Positions 58,599 to 64,000 of a stretch of 64,000 bases of DNA are shown one piece after another. Origin of the DNA: an uncultured delta proteobacterium (GTDB taxonomy: Bacteria; Myxococcota_A; Polyangia; Polyangiales; Polyangiaceae); contig CAVOKF010000005.1 in assembly GCA_963696385.1 (NCBI GenBank), forward strand, positions 1,152,001-1,216,000. The letters run 5' to 3'. A program made the translations under genes and the position numbers. Positions within the stretch are counted from its first letter, which is position 1, and every line of letters begins with the position of its first letter. The notes beneath the pieces are model-generated. The model searched no databases. It worked only from the letters and a program-made list of their open reading frames with translations, and was not told where the DNA came from.

Positions 58599-60125
58599 TT
58601 ACGCGATTTTCGGCGTCAAGCGGCGCCGCAGCAAGGCCCTGCCTGCGATACCGGCCCCCCCAAGGAACAAGGCAATCGCGACGAAAACGAGAACCATCCG
58701 CAGTCGATGCCTCTTCTCGGTGGCCAGCGTGGCTTGCTTCATGAGGTCGACCGAGAGGCCGACGGATCTCGCGCGATCCAAAAGCTTGTTCGCAACCTCG
58801 AATTGGCCCTCCTGCATCGCGAGCGCCCATTGATAGGTGAGCGTCTTCCGGTCATCGGGAGCCCGCGCCGAGAGCGCAGCGGTGCATTCTCGGAGCTCCG
58901 CAACGTTCGACGTGCGAGTGCCGACCTCGCATTCGAGCTCCGCGCTCGCCTCGCGGCCTTCAGGGTCTTCCTGCATGTGGCGGATCACTTGCTTGAGCGC
59001 CGCGGTTTCTTTTTGACTGAGCGGTCCGGGCTTGGCGAGTGTCAACTGGACGAAGCGCGTATAGTCTCGGACTTTGGCTCCGTCGCGGAGCAACGCTTCG
59101 CCGCAACTATTCACGGCATGGTCGTGATCTCCCAGAGCCTCGTATTCCTCGCACAACTTCGCGTACGAAACCGCACGGTCGGGCACGGTCTGGGCGAGCG
59201 CCTTGTAATATCGGACGGCGGCCGCGTGGTCTCCGGCTTTGGTGGCCCGCTCGGCTTTCAGCGCGAGGTCTTGAAGCCAATAGCCAAATTGCAAAGGATC
59301 CGAATTGCGGGTCTTCTCGTCGGGAATGCTATTTTCGGGATGAGCATCGTCGATAGGCCAACGACTGAGCCAGCCGCCGCGCGGAAGCTCGTCGGCTCGC
59401 GCCGTGCCCGAGATCGCGCAAAAAATGAGCACCCCTAGAGCCGCCGCCGCGCGTCTGCCGGACCCGTGCGTGAGGCGGCGGAGGACCGCATGGGCCACCG
59501 TGACGGCGACGGCCGTCGCGATGGACAACCACCCTGCCCAGAAGCGCCAGGGAGGGCAGCGCGAGTCGATCAGCGAAACGATGCGGCGCGTCTGAGGGTC
59601 GGACGGAGCGAGCCGCTCCAATTTTTCGGCACATGCTTGCAACATGAGTCCATCTCCAATGCTTTCGGCGATATCGCAGGCCATCGCCGTCGGCGTCGGC
59701 GCGCCCGGAGAATTGTGGTTTTCCGTAGAGGTGATGGAAAGGGCCAGGTTAATCTGTGCGACCGTCGGTGCGGTCGGGCCATCGACAAATGCGCGGACGA
59801 GGGCCCGGATGTTGGGATTGGTGTGTCGCCCGGCGAGCGCTTGAGAGCAGGCGTCGATCGCGTCGTTGCGGCGGCCCAAGACGACCAGCGCTTCGCACTC
59901 GCGACGCCGCGGCAGCGCAGCGTGCGGCAGCTCGGCCTGCGTCTGGCGAAAGAGCGCGTAGGCGGCCTCCATGTCACCTGTGAAACCCAGCGCTTCACCT
60001 TTCTCGAGCAGATCCGCGGCATGAGGGTTCCGGCGCTTCATGGAGTCCATCTCGGCTTGGTCCCAAGAATCTCGCGCGATCGCCGCGCTTGCCGTGAACG
60101 GAACGAAGAGCGCGAGGAGCCCCAT
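58599..60125 (-). CDS. Membrane-anchored protein with two TPR-like modules separated by a TM and an internal signal-like segment
   Basis: Helical TPR-like repeats with paired Cys; TM, basic loop, hydrophobic stretch, TARA|DELP; C-terminal TM followed by RRR. Confidence 0.75.
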   Translation of the reverse strand: MGLLALFVPFTASAAIARDSWDQAEMDSMKRRNPHAADLLEKGEALGFTGDMEAAYALFRQTQAELPHAALPRRRECEALVVLGRRNDAIDACSQALAGRHTNPNIRALVRAFVDGPTAPTVAQINLALSITSTENHNSPGAPTPTAMACDIAESIGDGLMLQACAEKLERLAPSDPQTRRIVSLIDSRCPPWRFWAGWLSIATAVAVTVAHAVLRRLTHGSGRRAAAALGVLIFCAISGTARADELPRGGWLSRWPIDDAHPENSIPDEKTRNSDPLQFGYWLQDLALKAERATKAGDHAAAVRYYKALAQTVPDRAVSYAKLCEEYEALGDHDHAVNSCGEALLRDGAKVRDYTRFVQLTLAKPGPLSQKETAALKQVIRHMQEDPEGREASAELECEVGTRTSNVAELRECTAALSARAPDDRKTLTYQWALAMQEGQFEVANKLLDRARSVGLSVDLMKQATLATEKRHRLRMVLVFVAIALFLGGAGIAGRALLRRRLTPKIA

Positions 60126-60144
60126 GAAAAGGACTGCCTGTATA

Positions 60145-61350
60145 TCACTGCAAGCAGGTCGTGCACCCATTGCCCTGCGCGCAATTGAGGATTTGGTTCG
60201 CGATTCCGGACGGATTCGATCCGGTCGTATCGGTGTAGTTGTTGATGATGTCGTTCGCGTCCGACTGCGGGAAGGTGAAACCAGCGACCTCGGCCATCAA
60301 GCACGGCCCGTCGACGCTCGCGCCGTTGGACGAGCAGGTGGTTGGACCGAGGCCGGCGAATCCGCCCGTGCCGCAATAGCAGAATGTCTCGCCCTGAGCA
60401 TTGGCGGCGCACTGCTGCCCGGTCGGACCCAGCACGCACAGTAGCGCGCCAATGCAGGCCGAAACGCTGCCGACGCTGGCTCCGCTGCCGTTCGTGAATG
60501 TGGCCGACGTCATGCTAAATGTCGGGGTTCCAATATCGTCGCACTCGCGATTCTTGATGCCGTGCTGGGGATTGTCGACGCATGAGCTAGCGACGAGGCA
60601 GCTGAAGCAACTGCCGGTCGAACTCGGCGAACCAGCGTAGTCCGGTCCGCTGCCGGTGACCGCGCCCGCGCCGATGTCGAGCGCAACGAACGCGGCCTCG
60701 GTCTCGGTGCAGACACCGCTGCTGCGGTTCGGGCAGCTCACGCAGTTCGTTTGGCCGGCCGACGTGCAGGGCACGAGAGATCCCGCCTCGCTCGTCCCGC
60801 TCGGGCCTGTTTCGCTCGCGCTCGCGTCGGTCGCCCCGGTTTCGGGGGCGCCCTCGCTGGCCGCAGAGTCGGGCGAAGGCGTCGCCCCAACGTCGATCGT
60901 GCCGTCGGAAAGCGTCGAATCCATTTCCCCATCGGAGATCGCGGAGTCGCTGGTGGCATCTTCACCGCCGGCCTCCCGTAGCCCCGCATCGCGCGCGCCG
61001 GCATCGGGGATCGCCATCTCTTCGACCGTCGCGTCTTCGCGAGATGCGTTCGGAGAGCCGTCCGGCTCGGCGCTCATTGCGGGATTCGTGGTCGCCGCTG
61101 CGGCGCCCTCGTTCTGCGCGCCGGTTGCGTCTTGCCCGGACGCCGCGGTCGCCGCGTCCAACGCGCTCACCGCGCCGGCGCCGGACGACCCGTCATCGGA
61201 CTCGCCAGTATCGGAATTGCCCGGCAGGGCCGAGCTGTCGCCGACGTCACTGCAGCCGCCGGTCGCCGTCGCCATCACGAGCGCCGCCATGAATCCGCCA
61301 AGGCTCGTGTGCCACGAACGCGGTGCCACGGAGGATTGCGTGTGACTCAC
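60145..61350 (-). CDS. Lipoprotein with an acidic linker and a C-terminal 18-Cys domain
   Basis: Lipobox-like TGGC; GTGA overlap with the upstream gene; ends NCAQGNGCTTCLQ. Confidence 0.8.
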   Translation of the reverse strand: MSHTQSSVAPRSWHTSLGGFMAALVMATATGGCSDVGDSSALPGNSDTGESDDGSSGAGAVSALDAATAASGQDATGAQNEGAAAATTNPAMSAEPDGSPNASREDATVEEMAIPDAGARDAGLREAGGEDATSDSAISDGEMDSTLSDGTIDVGATPSPDSAASEGAPETGATDASASETGPSGTSEAGSLVPCTSAGQTNCVSCPNRSSGVCTETEAAFVALDIGAGAVTGSGPDYAGSPSSTGSCFSCLVASSCVDNPQHGIKNRECDDIGTPTFSMTSATFTNGSGASVGSVSACIGALLCVLGPTGQQCAANAQGETFCYCGTGGFAGLGPTTCSSNGASVDGPCLMAEVAGFTFPQSDANDIINNYTDTTGSNPSGIANQILNCAQGNGCTTCLQ

Positions 61351-62255
61351 AGCCCACCGTCCAAGCAATCATTTTGCTGAGCGACGTTGAAAACCTGATT
61401 CAAGCGTGATCCGCAAAAGCCCATCACGGTCGGGTCGTTGTCTTCATAATTGTTGATCGCGTCGAGGATGGTGGCGGAGGTCTGCTCGAGACTCGCCAGC
61501 TCGTCGGTCGCGCACGGGCCGGGCGGATGGGGATCCGACGCGCACACGGTTGGATCCGTTTCGGACCCGCAAAGGCAACTGATGACGTTGGTGCCGCACC
61601 CGCTCGCCATGATGCATTCGTAAAGTTCGAGACACAGCGAGTACCGGGGTTCGGCAGCGCCCGGCCCCTGGACCGCCGTTCCGGCGTCTTCGCACCAATT
61701 GCAGGGCGGAAACTGGATATAATCGAGAGAGGCCTTCGGCGCGGTCGCGGTCTCGCACTCGTCGGCAGCCGTACTGCCGAGCCATCCGTATGTTGCGCAC
61801 GCGCTGCCGTCCATGGCTGGAATCGCGGATCCGTCAGCGGCGAAGTCGGACGGGATCTGCACACTCTCACGGCCCAACGCAACCAGATCTCCGCTGCGTT
61901 CCGGAATGAAGGGCGGGCAAGTCGGCCACGGGTAACCGGCCTCGGCGGCATCTGCGGTCGCGGACGGCGGGTTCACCTCGGGAAGAGTCTGATCGGCGTA
62001 GAAAATGGCGACGTCGAACGTCAAACTCGCATCTTCGTCGTCGCCGGTCGTTGCATCCGAGGCGTCCACGGCGAGATCCTCATTCGCGTCCTGCTGCTGT
62101 TGGACCGGCAGGTCTTCATGCCCGTTCGTGCCCCCGCAAGCGAAGGCGACGAAGCCAACGATTGCGCGAAGGGCCATAACGGCCATCGATACGCGAAAAG
62201 CGGCGCCGATGCGCGCCGCTCGAGAGAGTGACCGGTGGACGATGGTGCTGTCCAT
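61347..62255 (-). CDS. Cys-rich lipoprotein with a diverged copy of the shared C-terminal domain
   Basis: Lipobox-like AFAC; CLELYECI...CLCG...GPC..E...INNYED...NQ..N.AQQNDC. Confidence 0.7.
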   Translation of the reverse strand: MDSTIVHRSLSRAARIGAAFRVSMAVMALRAIVGFVAFACGGTNGHEDLPVQQQQDANEDLAVDASDATTGDDEDASLTFDVAIFYADQTLPEVNPPSATADAAEAGYPWPTCPPFIPERSGDLVALGRESVQIPSDFAADGSAIPAMDGSACATYGWLGSTAADECETATAPKASLDYIQFPPCNWCEDAGTAVQGPGAAEPRYSLCLELYECIMASGCGTNVISCLCGSETDPTVCASDPHPPGPCATDELASLEQTSATILDAINNYEDNDPTVMGFCGSRLNQVFNVAQQNDCLDGGL

Positions 62256-62368
62256 GGTGAGGCAGGGGGCCTTATGCCAGCGTGGTGAGATATGAAATGC
62301 GACGTTTTGGCAACACCTGGTCGCTTCAGCGACGGCGGCAAACCTCGCACCCCCCTTGCCTAGGCGGA

Positions 62369-64000
62369 TCACGGCGCCTCCGGATGGGAGCCGCACCAGC
62401 GCCGCCACATCCATCGGAACGCCGACTCGAGATGGCGAGCGAAGCGAGGGCCGTCCATCAAAGCGGAGCGCTCCATGCGTTGTCGCAGCTCCGCCCGGAG
62501 GGACCCGAGTCGAGCCAGATCGCTCGCCAGCGCAACCGCGGCGTCGACGTATTGTTCCGCCGTCGTAGCGACAAGATCATCCAGTCCGAGGTTACGGGCG
62601 TAGCAGAGTCCCGCGCGTCCGAGCGCCGTAGGGCCCACCCGCGTGATGACCGGCACGCCCATCCAGAACGCGTCCAGGCTCGTCGTGTGCCCGTTGACCG
62701 GAAACGTGTCGAGGCAAATATCGATCCGCTTGTACACGGAGAGATACTCGGCTCGCGGCTGATAACCGACGAACTCGATCCGGTCGGGATCGACGCCGGC
62801 TCGGGAGAAGGCGTCGCGCACACGCGTGCGGGATTCGCCCGGATAGGCCAAGACAACCATGTGCGCGCCTTCGACCGCCGCGAGCACTCGGGCCCAAAGC
62901 GCAAACACTTCGGCGCTCGTCTTGCCGAAATTGTTCAAGCAGCCGAACGTGATCCATCGGTTGCGGAGCGCGGGCGGCGCGTTCACCTCAGGCACTCGCG
63001 TGAGCGGGTCGTAACACCAGAACGAGTCGGGCAAGCGAACCGAGTGCTCCGTGTACCAGCCGCTGACGTCGATTTCGGGAGGGTCCAGGAAAACGTCGGT
63101 AATCCGGTAGTCCATCGCTTCAAGGCCCGTCGTTCCTGGATACGCGAGCCACGCCAGTTGCACGGGCGCAGGCTTCGAAGCAAAGAGCGCCAAGCGATTC
63201 TCGCCCATGTGCATCGTCAGGTCGACCAAGAGGTCGATGCGGTCGCCGCGAATGGCCTCGTTCGCCTCCGCGTCGGTCCGCGATCGGATGTCACGAAACT
63301 CGTCCGATAGGCCGCGAATCCGGCGGGTCCGTTCGTCGGGACTGGCGACAAATGAATAGCAGAATACTTCGACGGCGCGGCGGTCGTGATGCTCGAGCAG
63401 GGGCACGAAGAACAGAGCCTGGCAATGCTCCCGGAAGTCCGGCGAGACGTACCCCACCCGAAGGCGTCGATCGGGGTCGCGGTCGTTCGTATGTGGGCGA
63501 ACGCGGGCGGTCTTGGGCCCGACCTGACGCTCGCTCCATCGAATCGCCTCTTGCGCGACGGATCGCGCGTCCTGGGTGGGGTCCCACGACAGCGCGAACA
63601 CGAGATTGCTGTGGGCGATTCGGTCGTCGGGCCGGCAGTCGAGAGCCCGCCGGAACGAGGCGATAGCCTCTTCGACGCGGCCCTGCTCCTTGAGCACGAC
63701 ACCGAGCTCGTTGTGGGCGCCCGCGAAGCTCGGATCGATTTGGAGTGCGCGTTCGCAGGTGTCCCGAGCCTCGTCCAGTCGGTGGACTCGAGAGAGCGCT
63801 CCCGCCAAGCTCATGTGGGCGGCAAGCAGCCCCGGCTTGAGCGCCAGCGCTGTCTTGAAGGCGGCGATGGCGTCGTCGAGACGGCCCTCCCCGTAGAGTG
63901 TGAGGCCCAACGTGTAATGGGCTTCCGCCAGACCCGGGTTGAGCGCAACCGCCCGATGCAAGCTCGCCATTGCCTGAGCCACGTGACCCAATCGCCGGTA
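62369..64000 (-). CDS. TPR-containing SPINDLY/O-GlcNAc transferase family (GT41) protein, 5' end beyond the window
   Basis: TPRs, then RLRVGYVSPDFREH, APVQLAWLAYPGTTG, FGCLNNFGK and DICLDTFP..GHTT..DAFWMGVP. Confidence 0.92.
   Translation of the reverse strand, partial: YRRLGHVAQAMASLHRAVALNPGLAEAHYTLGLTLYGEGRLDDAIAAFKTALALKPGLLAAHMSLAGALSRVHRLDEARDTCERALQIDPSFAGAHNELGVVLKEQGRVEEAIASFRRALDCRPDDRIAHSNLVFALSWDPTQDARSVAQEAIRWSERQVGPKTARVRPHTNDRDPDRRLRVGYVSPDFREHCQALFFVPLLEHHDRRAVEVFCYSFVASPDERTRRIRGLSDEFRDIRSRTDAEANEAIRGDRIDLLVDLTMHMGENRLALFASKPAPVQLAWLAYPGTTGLEAMDYRITDVFLDPPEIDVSGWYTEHSVRLPDSFWCYDPLTRVPEVNAPPALRNRWITFGCLNNFGKTSAEVFALWARVLAAVEGAHMVVLAYPGESRTRVRDAFSRAGVDPDRIEFVGYQPRAEYLSVYKRIDICLDTFPVNGHTTSLDAFWMGVPVITRVGPTALGRAGLCYARNLGLDDLVATTAEQYVDAAVALASDLARLGSLRAELRQRMERSALMDGPRFARHLESAFRWMWRRWCGSHPEAP

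Noticed and set aside
58589..58609. TTTACGCGA tandem duplication resembling a KdpE box
   Set aside because: 9-bp period, overlaps a stop codon and lies at a gene 3' end.

Overview
High-GC bacterial DNA, most likely Myxococcota (Polyangiaceae-like). This is inferred from an AgmX/PglI-type lipoprotein, a MYXO-CTERM-like motif, myxobacterial Cys-rich repeats and many Asp/Ala-rich lipoproteins. No rRNA, tRNA, CRISPR array or intact transposase was recognised. 1-7 kb and 14-30 kb hold mostly housekeeping genes: M1 aminopeptidase, enoyl-CoA hydratase, acyl-CoA carboxylase beta, GT2, YihY, two antiporter-like genes with MscS, mutL-miaA, Fur, 5-formyl-THF cyclo-ligase and a DUF885 lipoprotein. 7-13.7 kb is a small signalling island: a short KdpD, canonical and atypical KdpE, a His-less kinase, hemerythrin and a P-II-like protein. 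Its intergenic regions carry seven KdpE-type direct-repeat boxes, but kdpFABC is not in the window. 30-64 kb is an accessory cell-surface locus and the best candidate for an undescribed system. It contains three mosaic ~890-aa secreted PstS-fold Cys-rich paralogs, a 1277-aa lipoprotein with four CxxCH motifs, a signal peptidase I, and lipoproteins sharing an unrecognised 18-Cys C-terminal domain (three close copies, one diverged). It also has two apparent polyproteins with internal A-R-A signal peptides, a shared enhancer/sigma54-like promoter architecture, and a SPINDLY/OGT-type glycosyltransferase. All family calls come from motif recognition by eye; no database searches were run.
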